Below are positions 39,123 through 49,440 of a stretch of DNA of 64,000 nucleotides, piece after piece. Under the pieces are notes generated by a model. That model made no database searches and was not told where the DNA came from. It worked only from the letters and a program-made list of their open reading frames with translations. The stretch is from an uncultured delta proteobacterium (GTDB lineage: Bacteria; Desulfobacterota; Zymogenia; Zymogenales; Zymogenaceae), in assembly GCA_963792965.1 (NCBI GenBank), contig CAWBYW010000009.1, positions 256,001-320,000 of the forward strand, in the 5' to 3' direction. The position numbers and the translations under genes are program-made. The first letter of the stretch is position 1; every line of letters begins with the position of its first letter.

Positions 39123-39386
39123 TCAGATCTTGCTGTTCATATCCGTCGCCTGCTGGACCATGACATCCACGATCGCAAGATCGTAGAAATTGGTGGTCTG
39201 CACGATCTCCGGAGTAACCCTGCTCTCGTAGACTCGCCTCCCCTTTTCAAGCTCGCCCTTCAGGATATCGAAGAGGTTGTCGTTCTTAAGCCCTTCCTTG
39301 ACCTTTTCTTTATTATAGATGGTTATATCGGATATGATCGTTCGCGCGAGCCGTTTGGCAGCTTCAGGATCGGTGATCAATGCCAT
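39123..39386 (-). CDS. RomX-like small protein
   Basis: 87 aa; AKRLARTIISDITIYN...DNLFDILKGELEKGR.VY.SRV...NFYD.AI closely resembles recalled M. xanthus RomX. Confidence 0.8.
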   Translation of the reverse strand: MALITDPEAAKRLARTIISDITIYNKEKVKEGLKNDNLFDILKGELEKGRRVYESRVTPEIVQTTNFYDLAIVDVMVQQATDMNSKI

Positions 39387-39498
39387 CTTTCGTTTCCTTC
39401 TTTTGTGGCGAAGATCAGATTACGTTGTGTCGACCACCTTCTTGCACACCTACCGTTCGGCTTACACTTTTGATGAGAACGGTAGACAATAAAGTACC

Positions 39499-39544
39499 AT
39501 GTTATTTAATATGTTATTATTACAATAAAATAGCCATCTGTCAA
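39499..39544 (-). promoter_or_regulatory. promoter of the romX-like operon with a direct repeat
   Basis: TTGACA (39544-39539) with an AT-rich -10; ATGTTATT at 39499 and 39511. Confidence 0.5.
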
Positions 39545-39571
39545 CGGTATATCGGTACTATATACTGTATT

Positions 39572-39871
39572 TTAGTGGAGCCGGTTTCCGGGGATGACCG
39601 AACCGCCTTTCCCCACCGATCGCACCTCTCTTTGAAAGAGCTCGATGATCTCGTGTCTGCATCCCGCGCACAGGATCATCTCCTGCTCGAAAAATACCGT
39701 CTCCTCGAGCTCTTTTGCCGATTGTCCCTCGATGTCGCGAACGAGCTCGGGCAAGGGCTTTTCTTCCGCGTTGATGACGCCGTCATAGCCCGAGACGGCC
39801 GAAAGCTTCACGTGATAGAAGAGCCCCCCCTCGGGGATCCGTTTCTTACATCGCTGACAGATGTGCGCCAT
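39572..39871 (-). CDS. small Zn-ribbon-like hypothetical protein
   Basis: CQRC...CAGC; starts 3 nt after the ECF ATPase stop. Confidence 0.75.
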   Translation of the reverse strand: MAHICQRCKKRIPEGGLFYHVKLSAVSGYDGVINAEEKPLPELVRDIEGQSAKELEETVFFEQEMILCAGCRHEIIELFQREVRSVGKGGSVIPGNRLH

Positions 39872-39874
39872 CTC

Positions 39875-40702
39875 TCAACTCCCCTGATAATAGCGGTCCA
39901 GCGTATCGATGATCGACGCTATCCCGAGCGTCCTGTCGGGGATATCGATCCCCGAGCCTACGAGGCCCCTGATCAAGACGAGGAATTCGGGAAGCTCGAC
40001 ATGGAGGCGGCCCAATATCTCATCGCTCAGAATCAATTCTTTGGGCGTGCCGGAAAAGACGATCTTTCCCTCGTCGAGGACGAAGACGACATCCGAGAGG
40101 ACCGCCTCGACAAGGGAGTGAGTGATGGAAAGCACCGTGATGCCGTCCTTTCGGTTGAGGTCATGGATCAATCGGAGGATATCGCGCCTGCCGTCGGAGT
40201 CGAGCATGGAGGTCGCCTCGTCCAGGACGAGGATCTTCGTTTCCATCACGAGGATACCGGCGATCACGAGCCGCTGCTGCTCGCCGCCGGACAGATTATG
40301 CGGGAGCCGGTTGGCGAGGTCCACAAGCGAGAGGCGGTTCATGATCCGCCGCACCCGTCGCCTCATCTCGGCGCTCTTTACCCCTTTGTTCTCCAGACCG
40401 AAGGCGATATCCTCTTCCACGACCGTCGAAATGATCTGGTTTTCGGGGTTGGAGAAGACCAGGCCGACGTCCTCGGAGAGCTCTTCCGGGCCGATGGTTT
40501 TTCCTGCGACGGTCACCGTTCCGGCATCGGGCGTAACGATCCCCTTGATGATCTTTGCGATAGTGGTTTTCCCAGAGCCATTCGGGCCGATCAGCACGGC
40601 GTACGCCCCCGCCGGCACGTGGAGATTCACTCCGTTAAGGGCAAACGACGGAGCTCCCTCAGCGTTCCCGTAGGATATCCTGACGTCGGAGAGATTGATC
40701 AC
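39875..40702 (-). CDS. ECF-transporter ATPase (EcfA/CbiO-like)
   Basis: GPNGSGKTT, VFSNPENQ, VEEDIAFGLEN, LSGGEQQR, LDEATSMLD; GTG 40702 overlaps the RND stop. Confidence 0.9.
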   Translation of the reverse strand: MINLSDVRISYGNAEGAPSFALNGVNLHVPAGAYAVLIGPNGSGKTTIAKIIKGIVTPDAGTVTVAGKTIGPEELSEDVGLVFSNPENQIISTVVEEDIAFGLENKGVKSAEMRRRVRRIMNRLSLVDLANRLPHNLSGGEQQRLVIAGILVMETKILVLDEATSMLDSDGRRDILRLIHDLNRKDGITVLSITHSLVEAVLSDVVFVLDEGKIVFSGTPKELILSDEILGRLHVELPEFLVLIRGLVGSGIDIPDRTLGIASIIDTLDRYYQGS

Positions 40703-43700
40703 CGCCTCTCCCCCATCCACGCCGGGAGCTTTCCCTTGATATCTTCCACGATAATATAGAGGCAGGGAACGACCAGAAGCGTAAGCAGCGTCGAGAAGAG
40801 GACGCCCCAGAACATCGCAATCGCCATCGGGGCCAGATCCGCCTCACTGCCGGCTATCCCGAAGGCCAACGGGAAAAGCGCCATAAGGATGGTAAAGCTC
40901 GTCAGCAAAATAGGCCTCAGCCGTATCATCCCCGATTCCTTTACCGCTTCAAGCAGAGGCCGGCCCGCTTGTCGGGCGCGGTTGATAAAATCCAACAGGA
41001 GGATCGAGTTGCTCACGACGATGCCCATCAGCGCGATGATTCCGATGAAGGCAAGCAGCGAGAGCTGTTGCCCCATGATGAACAACCCGAAAAAGACCCC
41101 GATGAAGGCAAACGGGATGGCGAACATGATGATAATCGGCTGGACAAACGAGCGGAAAAGGACCGCAAGGATGACGTAGATGATCCCGAGCACGAGCCAG
41201 AGCGCCTCGATCATGGACGTAAGAGATTCCTGGGTATCCTTGAACTCACCGGTATAGTTGAAGAAATATCCCGGGTACATCGAGCTTGCCGTCCCGAACT
41301 TTTTGATCAGCACCTTGTTGACGCCGGCCGATGTGTTGTCATTGCTGGAGATGTCGGCGGTAACGGTGATCGTCCGCTTCCGCTCGGAATGATATATCTT
41401 GAATATCCCCTTGCCGTTGACGATATCGGCCACACTCTTGATCGGGATCCTTTCACCGTTGAGGTTCGGGACCGAAAAATTCATCAGGTAGCTCGGGTTT
41501 TGGAAAGACGTCATTATATTTAACGACGATGTTAATTTTCTCGTCGCCCCGCCTGATATTGCCTGCGTCTCCGCCCGAGAAGGCATCTCGTATCTCCGAT
41601 GGCGACCATCGCGACGTTGAGGCCCAAGCGTCCGCGCCTTGTGCTCGTCGACGTCGATCTTTATCTCGTCTTTCCCCTTTTGGTAGTTTGTCTCGATATC
41701 CTTGACGCCCTTGATCTTCCTCAGCTCGTCCATGACCTCGCCTGAGAGCTTCTCAAGGACGGCGAAATCGTCCCCATTGATCTCCACGGATACGGGCTTA
41801 CCGGTCGGCGGGCCGCCTTGCTCCTTCTCGACGGCGATCGGAGGTCGGGCCGGGGATGAGATCGGCCTTTTCCCTGATGGAATTTATAATGTCGTCGGGG
41901 TTCATTTTCGTATAGCCCTTCTCGGTCAGCTCCACGTAGATCTGTCCGAGATAGGTGCCGTCCTCGTTCGATATCCTGTTCCTGGGCACTGCCCACGTTG
42001 GTCACGTACGGACGCGATCTCATCGGAGGGGAGGGCGGCCACGATCTTTTCCACCTGCTTCATCACCCGGTCGGTTTCTTCCAGATTGACGTTTACCGGG
42101 TTCTTTACGATGATATTGAATTGTTCCGTCCTCACCTTCGCCGAACCAGACAAATTCCATCGTCAGGAAGCCGAAAATCATCGTGCCGACCGCGACCGCG
42201 TTCAGGCCGATGAAGATCAGGTAGCGCCGCCTGCAGGCAGTAGGAAAGAACGCGCGCATAAAAATCCCTGACATAGTTGAACCAGGAGCGGAAGTCCTGC
42301 TTCTTTTCGTGCACCGTGACCTTCACGAATTGATTGAGGTTCGAGGGAAGGATGAAGAAGGCCTGGAACCAGGAGGCAATAAAGCAGATAATCCCCACCT
42401 CGGGGATGACCTTCAAAAATTTCCCCATGATACCGGAGGTGAACATGAGCGGAAAGAGCGAGGCGATATGTGTCGAGACGGCCGCGGCCACCGGCAACAC
42501 GACCTCATGCGTGCCGGTAAGGACGGACTCCTCCATGGATAGTCCCATCTCCCGGTATCGGAAGGAGTTTTCGGCCACGACGATGGCCTGGTCGACGACC
42601 ATCCCGAGGACAAGGATAAGGCCGAACATGGAAAGGAGGTTGAGCGTGATCCCCATGTAGTACATGATAATAAGAGACAACAGGAAGGAAAAGGGGATCG
42701 AGGCGGCCGACCAGAGCGCGATCTTCGCCTCAAGGATAAGATACATGATGATCAGACAAGAACCAAGCCCATCAGACCGTCCGTCAGAAGGTCCTATTCT
42801 GTCTCCTCTCGACGATGTTGGCGTTATCACGCACAAGGTCTATCTTAGCGCCGGCAGGAAGAATGGCCTTTTCTTCTTCGGCCAGAGCTTCTTGATTTCG
42901 TTGACGATAGTGATTACGTCGCCGCTCGCCTTCTTGGTGACCATCAGGTTGATCGATGGCTTACCGTTGATGCGGCCGATCACCTCCCATTTCTTGAACG
43001 TCTCCATCACATCGGCGATGTCTCCTACCCTGACCACGCCGCTGGCGAGCGATCGGACGACGACGTTTTCGACGTCCGCCGGGCTCTCCACCTCCCCGAT
43101 GGTGCGGATCAAGAGCTCTTTCCTCCCGAGGTCGATGGTCCCGCCGGGGATGTTCAGGTTCCGGTTCCTGATGGCCGTTATTACATCGGACATGGAGAGG
43201 TTTGCCGCCTCCAGCCGCCGGGGGTCCACCGACACCCACATCTCGCGGTCCCGGTAGCCGAAGCGATCCACCGTCTCCACGCCGTCGATCGCCTCTATCG
43301 CCGTCTTGAGCCGCTCCGAGGCGGCCCGGAGCGTCTGCTCCGGGGCATTGCCGGAGATGGCGACCGTAACGACCGGAAAATTGGCCGCGATCTTTTCATA
43401 TTGCGGCTCCTCCACGTCGGTCGGGATATCCTGAACGTTTCCGACCTTATTCTTTACGTCGTTGAGAAGCTGGTCAAGCTCCGCCCCCTCGATATCGCTC
43501 TGGGCCTTGATGATGATGATCGATACCCCTTCCCTGGATTGCGACTCAAGCGTATCTATCCCTTCGACGCCCGCGATCTCTTCCTCGAACGGGGTTGTCA
43601 CCACTTTCTCCACCTCTTCCGGGGACGCCCCCGGATACGGGGTCGTAATGACGATGTATCCGAACGCGATGGAGGGGAAATACCTCCCGGTTGAGCTTCA

Positions 43701-43788
43701 TGGTCAGGGTTACGCCGAGGATGAGCACGGCGATAGTGATCATATTGACGAGGACATGGTTTTTAACGAAATATCGTATCAGAGCCAT
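40699..43788 (-). CDS. RND permease (AcrB/AcrD/AcrF family), multiple frameshifts
   Basis: Seven ORF fragments in order (GMVVDQAIVVAEN, GIVVSNSILLLDF, RLRPILLT) spanning about 3.1 kb, the full-length RND size. Confidence 0.88.
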
Positions 43789-43799
43789 GAGAGAGACCT

Positions 43800-44723
43800 C
43801 TAAGGAGACGCGATAATCTGCACGGCGGCGCCGTCGCTCAGATTTTCTTTTCCGAGGGTTACGATCTTATCCCCGGCTACGACCCCGGAGATTACCTCGA
43901 CGTTCTCGTCTTCCACGACGCCGATCGTGAGCCGCCTCATTTTGGCCACTCCACCCGCGACGACGAAACAGTACGGCCCCTGCATCCCCTCTTTCTCGAA
44001 CAGGAGGGACTCAAAGGGGATCACGAGGGCGTTTTCCTTTTCCGACAGGATTATCGTTACATCGCCGAACATCCCGGCCCGAAGGCCCGTGTCGTGTTCG
44101 GTGATCGATACCTCGACCTCGGCCGTCCGGGTCGTCCTATCGATCACCGTGCTTACCCGATCCACGACGCCGTCATAGACTTTATCGGGGATCGTCGGGA
44201 CCGTGACATGCGCTTTCATGCCTTCTTTGATCTTGGAGAGCTCCGTGTCGGGGACCCTGATGATGACCTTGATCGGATTTCCGCCGACGATAAGAGATAG
44301 CGGGGTGGTGGGGGTCGCTCGCTCACCGATATTCAGGTAGTTGACCGCCACCGTCCCCGAGATCGGGGCCTCAACAATCACCGGTTTAAACTCGTCCCAG
44401 GTCTCCTCCCGCTCCAGGATTACCAGCGGCACCCCCTTGGATACTTCATCCCCTTCCTTGTAGTTATACTTCGTGACCCTCCCGTTGACCAGGCTGTAGA
44501 CAAGGGCCTCCTTTTCGGCGTGGAGATCCCCGGTGTAGAAAAGGGTCTCCCTGATCGTCCCCTTGCGGGCTTCGACGACCGAGACCGGGTATTTCTTCAC
44601 CTCCTCCGCCTTCTTTGACGCAAAAAGCTTGGAATGGAGGACCCGCACCGTCAGGAGTGCCAGGAACGCCACGGCGATAACCGCGATTATCGAGACAATT
44701 GCGATCTTCTTTTTGTCCTTCAC
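43800..44723 (-). CDS. RND periplasmic adaptor (MFP)
   Basis: N-terminal TM, APISGTV, LRAGMFG, VEVISGV..GDKIV; GAGGAG SD before GTG 44723. Confidence 0.9.
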   Translation of the reverse strand: MKDKKKIAIVSIIAVIAVAFLALLTVRVLHSKLFASKKAEEVKKYPVSVVEARKGTIRETLFYTGDLHAEKEALVYSLVNGRVTKYNYKEGDEVSKGVPLVILEREETWDEFKPVIVEAPISGTVAVNYLNIGERATPTTPLSLIVGGNPIKVIIRVPDTELSKIKEGMKAHVTVPTIPDKVYDGVVDRVSTVIDRTTRTAEVEVSITEHDTGLRAGMFGDVTIILSEKENALVIPFESLLFEKEGMQGPYCFVVAGGVAKMRRLTIGVVEDENVEVISGVVAGDKIVTLGKENLSDGAAVQIIASP

Positions 44724-44846
44724 GCTATTCTCCTCAAAGAAAATAAAGGCAAGGATATACCTTGCCTTCTCGCTCTTCACTCATCAATTTCACATAAGAC
44801 CCCATGTTCCTGGGGGCGTTTGTCAGTTTCCAGTCGAAGGATGCGC

Positions 44847-45428
44847 TTACACCTCGGGAGCTTGCTTCTTTTCCTTCTTTGCGGGCTTCATGGGCGCTGC
44901 TTCGGTTTCCTTCTCGCCCTTTTTGCCTTTCTCTTTTTTCTCTTTGGCCTCGGGCGCCTTCTTCTCGGCTTTCTTGGCCTCGCCTTTCTTTGGCTCTTCC
45001 TTCTTTCCCTTAGCCTCTTTCTTTATCTTCTCCCCGGCCCCCTTTTTCGCCTTTTCCTTCTCTTTGGCATCATCCGTGCCGAGGATCTCGATGATCGCCA
45101 TGCGGGCGTTGTCGCCCGCGCGCGACCCGAGCTTCATGATCCGGGTGTATCCCCCCGCCCTATCCTTAAACCGCTCGGCGTATTCGCCGAAGACCTTCCC
45201 CACGACGTCCTTGCTCCTGAGAAATGCCAGCGCCTGCCGTCGCGCATGGAGGTCGCCCCGCTTGCCGAGGGTGATCATTCGCTCCACGTACCTCCTCAAC
45301 TCTTTCGCTTTTATCTCCGTCGTCTCTATACGGCTTTCGCCCAACAGCGACGTGGCCATGTTCCTGAACATAGCCTTTCGGTGGCTGGTAACTCGCCCAA
45401 GTCTCTTCGAATTCTTCAGATGGCGCAT
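44847..45428 (-). CDS. rplQ: 50S ribosomal protein L17 with K/E/A-rich tail
   Basis: MRH...LGR..SHRKAM, GGYTRI. Confidence 0.97.
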   Translation of the reverse strand: MRHLKNSKRLGRVTSHRKAMFRNMATSLLGESRIETTEIKAKELRRYVERMITLGKRGDLHARRQALAFLRSKDVVGKVFGEYAERFKDRAGGYTRIMKLGSRAGDNARMAIIEILGTDDAKEKEKAKKGAGEKIKKEAKGKKEEPKKGEAKKAEKKAPEAKEKKEKGKKGEKETEAAPMKPAKKEKKQAPEV

Positions 45429-45468
45429 TGTTCGTCCCCTTTATTCAGATAGCGGGCAAACCCTACGT

Positions 45469-45490
45469 AAAAAGGATTCTCCCGAATCCT
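45469..45490 (-). terminator. terminator-like hairpin between rpoA and rplQ
   Basis: AGGATTC-GGGA-GAATCCT-TTTT. Confidence 0.55.
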
Positions 45491-45603
45491 CTCTCAAAAA
45501 CCCCGACCACCGATCTCAGGCGGCGAGCCAGCCGGTCATCGGGACCTCCGCAAAGCGACGCGGTGATACCGTCATGTTTCATCCCGAGCCGTCGTGCTCG
45601 ATC

Positions 45604-46635
45604 CTACTCCTGCTCCGGTTCCTCCGGCTCCTGATATTCCGGCAGATCCTTCGGAGGCCAATTCTCCAGCTTCATGCCGAACCGGAGTCCCATTTCGGCC
45701 AGGAGTTCCTTGATCTCGTTAAGTGATTTTCGCCCAAAGTTCTTCGTCTTGAGCATGTCCATTTCCGTCTTCTGGACGAGATCACCAATATATCTGATAT
45801 TGGCATTCTTCAGGCAGTTCGACGATCGGACGGAGAGCTCCAGCTCGCTGACCGGCCGCAGCAGATTTTCATTGAAGTCGTACTTGCTCTCTATCTGCTC
45901 CTCCAGCTCACCCTCCATGTCCTCGGTAAAATTGATGAAGATGCTCATGTGCTCTTTGAGGATCTTGGCCGCAAAGGCGATGGCGTCCTCCGGTGTGACG
46001 CTCCCGTCGGTCCAGACCTCGATGGTGAGCTTATCATAATCGGTACGCTGTCCCAACCGCGCGGCGGTGACGGTATAGTTAACCTTCTTGACCGGAGAGA
46101 ATATGGCGTCGATCGGTATCGTCCCAATCGGCATATCCTCTTCTTTATTCCGCTCGGCGGGCACATACCCCCTGCCCCACTTTACCTTCATCTCCATCAC
46201 GAGCTTACCGCCCTTGGAGAGGGTTGCGATGTGGTGATCGGGGTTCAATATCTTGACGCTTTCCTCGCTCTTGATGTCCTTGGCGGAGACGGGACCTTCC
46301 TTCGACGCCTCAATCCTGACGGTCTTCGGATTGTCATCGAAGAGCTTAAACCTGATCCCCTTGATGTTCAGGATGACGTCGGTGACGTCTTCAACCACGC
46401 CGGGAATTGTGGTAAATTCGTGCAGGACGCCGTCTATTTTAACGGACGTTACGGCGGTGCCCATGAGTGAGGACAAGAGTATTCTCCTCAGTGAATTACC
46501 GATGGTAATTCCAAATCCACGCTCAAACGGCTCGGCGGTAAACTTCCCGTAGAATTCGGTCAATTCCTCGGGTTCAACCACCAGCTTCTTGGGCCTGATC
46601 AGTTCCCGCCAATTGGCCTGAATTGTATTTCCCAT
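45604..46635 (-). CDS. rpoA: RNA polymerase alpha subunit
   Basis: [22 protein letters not shown]; [11 protein letters not shown]; NFGRKSL. Confidence 0.99.
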   Translation of the reverse strand: MGNTIQANWRELIRPKKLVVEPEELTEFYGKFTAEPFERGFGITIGNSLRRILLSSLMGTAVTSVKIDGVLHEFTTIPGVVEDVTDVILNIKGIRFKLFDDNPKTVRIEASKEGPVSAKDIKSEESVKILNPDHHIATLSKGGKLVMEMKVKWGRGYVPAERNKEEDMPIGTIPIDAIFSPVKKVNYTVTAARLGQRTDYDKLTIEVWTDGSVTPEDAIAFAAKILKEHMSIFINFTEDMEGELEEQIESKYDFNENLLRPVSELELSVRSSNCLKNANIRYIGDLVQKTEMDMLKTKNFGRKSLNEIKELLAEMGLRFGMKLENWPPKDLPEYQEPEEPEQE

Positions 46636-46664
46636 AAGACCTCCTTGCCCTGTAACTATACCTA

Positions 46665-47291
46665 CTACTTGGAGTAAAGCTCGACTATCAGGTTCTCGGA
46701 AATAGGCATAGTCAGGTCTTTACGTGCAGGCAGGGCCTTAATGGTTCCGGCAAACGTATTCTTGTTATACTCGAGCCAGTGCGGAATGCCCCTTCGCATA
46801 ACGGTCTCAAGGGCATCCACAATCCGCTCGACCTTCCTGCTTTTTGGATGAAGCTCAATCGTATCGCCGATCTTCGTCAAGTATGAGGGTATATTCACCT
46901 TCTTCCCGTTTACCAGAAAATGGCTGTGCAGCACAAGCTGCCGCGCCTCCGTGCGGGAAGTGGCAAAGCCGAAGCGGTATACCATATTGTCGAGCCTTCT
47001 CTCCAGCAGGACAAGCAGGTGTTCCCCGGTTACCCCTTTTAGCCGATCGGCCTCATTGAAGTAGAGATGAAACTGCCTCTCGAGGATGCCGTACATCCTC
47101 TTAACCTTTTGCTTCTCCCTCAGCTGATTACCGTACTCGGAGAATTTCGTTCTTCCCTGCCCGTGTTCTCCCGGGGGATAGTTTCGCCGCTCCACGGCGC
47201 ACTTCTCCGAGAAGCAGCGGTCCCCCTTGAGATAAAGCTTCATGCCGTCCCTCCGGCAAAGCTTACATACCGGACCCCGATATCGTGCCAA
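46665..47291 (-). CDS. rpsD: 30S ribosomal protein S4
   Basis: MARYRGP, LERRLDN, IVELYSK. Confidence 0.99.
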   Translation of the reverse strand: MARYRGPVCKLCRRDGMKLYLKGDRCFSEKCAVERRNYPPGEHGQGRTKFSEYGNQLREKQKVKRMYGILERQFHLYFNEADRLKGVTGEHLLVLLERRLDNMVYRFGFATSRTEARQLVLHSHFLVNGKKVNIPSYLTKIGDTIELHPKSRKVERIVDALETVMRRGIPHWLEYNKNTFAGTIKALPARKDLTMPISENLIVELYSK

Positions 47292-47437
47292 ATCAGACCT
47301 CCGATTCTTCTATATTACTTTATTGCGAGATATCTGTATCACCGCCGATTTCAAGATGACCGGTCCGGCGGCGATAAAATGAATGCGAATAATGACGATC
47401 ATCGCTGCCGTGTCCGAAGCCACGGCGGCCCCAGACG

Positions 47438-47830
47438 TTATACCCTTCGGCGCTTGGGCGGCCGGCACCCGTTGTGGGGGATGGGCGTCACGTCTCGTAT
47501 GATGTTCACCTCAAGGCCCGCCGACTGGAGCGCCCGCAGAGCCGCCTCCCTTCCGGATCCCGGTCCCTTTACCTGTACGTCGACCGTCCTCAACCCATGT
47601 TCCATCGCCTTCTTCGCGGCGTCCTGGGCGGCTATCTGGGCCGAATACGGGGTGCTCTTCCGAGAACCCTTGAAGCCCTGGGCCCCCGCGCTCGACCACG
47701 ACAGTACGTTACCGGAAAGGTCCGTAATCGTGATGATGGTGTTGTTAAAAGACGACTGGATATGGGCTATCCCGACCTGGACATTCTTTTTTTCTTTTCT
47801 CTTTCTTACCGTTTTCTTGCCCTTGGCCAT
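47438..47830 (-). CDS. rpsK: 30S ribosomal protein S11
   Basis: [17 protein letters not shown]. Confidence 0.99.
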   Translation of the reverse strand: MAKGKKTVRKRKEKKNVQVGIAHIQSSFNNTIITITDLSGNVLSWSSAGAQGFKGSRKSTPYSAQIAAQDAAKKAMEHGLRTVDVQVKGPGSGREAALRALQSAGLEVNIIRDVTPIPHNGCRPPKRRRV

Positions 47831-47842
47831 TACATGTACCCC

Positions 47843-48208
47843 TTACTTCTTCTTGATCTTGACCCGACGGGGACCCTTCCGCGTTCGGGCGTTGGTTGAA
47901 GTCCGCTGCCCTCTCACCGGCAGTCCTTTCCGGTGTCTGAGGCCCCGGTAGTTCCCAAGATCCATGAGCATCTTGATATTCATCGACCGCTTCTTGCGCA
48001 GATCGCCCTCGACGGTATACTTCGCGTCGATGACGTCCCTGATCGAGCTGATCTCCTTCTCCGTGAGGTTGTCGGTCCTCTTGTCCAGATCGACCCCCGC
48101 CTCGGTCAGTATCTCTTTGGACGATGTGCGGCCGATCCCGTAGATATAGGTCAGACCGATCTCAATCCGCTTATTCTTGGGCAGGTCAACACCCGCGATA
48201 CGCGCCAT
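47843..48208 (-). CDS. rpsM: 30S ribosomal protein S13
   Basis: [18 protein letters not shown]. Confidence 0.99.
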   Translation of the reverse strand: MARIAGVDLPKNKRIEIGLTYIYGIGRTSSKEILTEAGVDLDKRTDNLTEKEISSIRDVIDAKYTVEGDLRKKRSMNIKMLMDLGNYRGLRHRKGLPVRGQRTSTNARTRKGPRRVKIKKK

Positions 48209-48226
48209 GTCTCCTCCTTATCTCTC

Positions 48227-48340
48227 TCAGCCTTGACGCTGCTTATGCTTTGGGTTTTCGCAGATCACCCGGACAACGCCCTTCCGTTTGATGATCTTGC
48301 ACTTATCGCAGATCTTCTTAACTGATGCGCGAACCTTCAT
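48227..48340 (-). CDS. rpmJ: 50S ribosomal protein L36 (Zn-type; below the ORF-track cutoff)
   Basis: Manual translation [37 protein letters not shown]. Confidence 0.98.
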   Translation of the reverse strand: MKVRASVKKICDKCKIIKRKGVVRVICENPKHKQRQG

Positions 48341-48375
48341 TTTCGTTGCCCCTTTCTTGAGCCGTAAGAACCGAG

Positions 48376-48594
48376 TTACTTGGCCCGGTACGTAATTCTG
48401 CCCCGGGAAAGATCATACGGGGACAGCTCTACGGTTACCCTATCCCCCTTGAGTATCTTGATGAAGTGCATCCTCATCTTCCCCGAAATGTGGGCCAGAA
48501 CCTTATGGCCGTTTTCCAACTCCACCCGAAACATGGCATTGGGAAGAATCTCCAGAACGGTTCCTTCGATTTCGATGGCCTCTTCTTTCGGCAT
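48376..48594 (-). CDS. infA: translation initiation factor IF-1
   Basis: [19 protein letters not shown]. Confidence 0.99.
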   Translation of the reverse strand: MPKEEAIEIEGTVLEILPNAMFRVELENGHKVLAHISGKMRMHFIKILKGDRVTVELSPYDLSRGRITYRAK

Positions 48595-48613
48595 ACTCCA
48601 CTACTCCCGATAA

Positions 48614-49264
48614 TTATTTCCCCAATACCGTTGTTATCGAATTGAATATATCCTTAATGCCGCCTGTCCCGGGAATGCTTCTCAAGAGTCCCGTTCCCTT
48701 ATAATAGGCGATGAGGGGTTCGGTTTGCTGCTTGTAGACCTTCAGGCGCGACATGATCGTTTCTTCTTTATCATCGTCTCTCTGGTAGAGCTCTCCGCCG
48801 CACTTGTCGCAGACGTCGCCTTTCTTGGGCGGCTCGAACTTGACGTGATACATGGCACCGCACGACCTGCAGGTCCTTCTTCCCGTCAGCCTCGTGAGAA
48901 GGTCTTTCTCATCCACCTCGATGGAGATAACGTGGGTCAGACTGTCGGTCATCTTCTTAAGAATATCATCGAGCGTCTTGGCCTGGTTCACGGTGCGGGG
49001 GAATCCGTCGAGGATATAGCCAGCCTTGCAGTCCGGCTCTTTGAGCCGCTCCCGCACCAGGCCGATAACGACGTCATCGGGGACTAAGTTTCCCGCGTCC
49101 ATGTATTTCTTTGCCTCTTTACCGAGGTCCGTGCCCGCGGCGGCCGCCTTTCTGAGGATGTCACCGGTCGAGATCTGCGGGATGCCGTATTGCTCCACCA
49201 GCATTTTGGCCTGGGTGCCCTTTCCGGCACCGGGAGGTCCTAACAACACCAGATTCTTTTTCAT
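48614..49264 (-). CDS. adk: adenylate kinase (Zn-LID)
   Basis: GPPGAGKGTQA, LDGFPRT, CxxC...CxxC. Confidence 0.98.
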   Translation of the reverse strand: MKKNLVLLGPPGAGKGTQAKMLVEQYGIPQISTGDILRKAAAAGTDLGKEAKKYMDAGNLVPDDVVIGLVRERLKEPDCKAGYILDGFPRTVNQAKTLDDILKKMTDSLTHVISIEVDEKDLLTRLTGRRTCRSCGAMYHVKFEPPKKGDVCDKCGGELYQRDDDKEETIMSRLKVYKQQTEPLIAYYKGTGLLRSIPGTGGIKDIFNSITTVLGK

Positions 49265-49440
49265 CGCTCGTTCCAATCCTTATCCGTTCAACTGAACTCG
49301 TATAAAGAAGACATTCCACGCGGCCCTCGGCCGCTTCTATCTTATCCTGATCTATACGTTACGGGAATCTCTCCCCTCTCTCTTTCGCGTACAAATGTTC
49401 CGGCTCACACGTGTGCCACCCCCGGCCGTCTTCCGCGGCG

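Noticed and set aside
45452-45500. GGGCAAACCC resembling the start of a c-di-GMP-I riboswitch
   Set aside because: It is antisense to the operon and lacks the GAAA tetraloop stem and the GCAAA/P2 elements.
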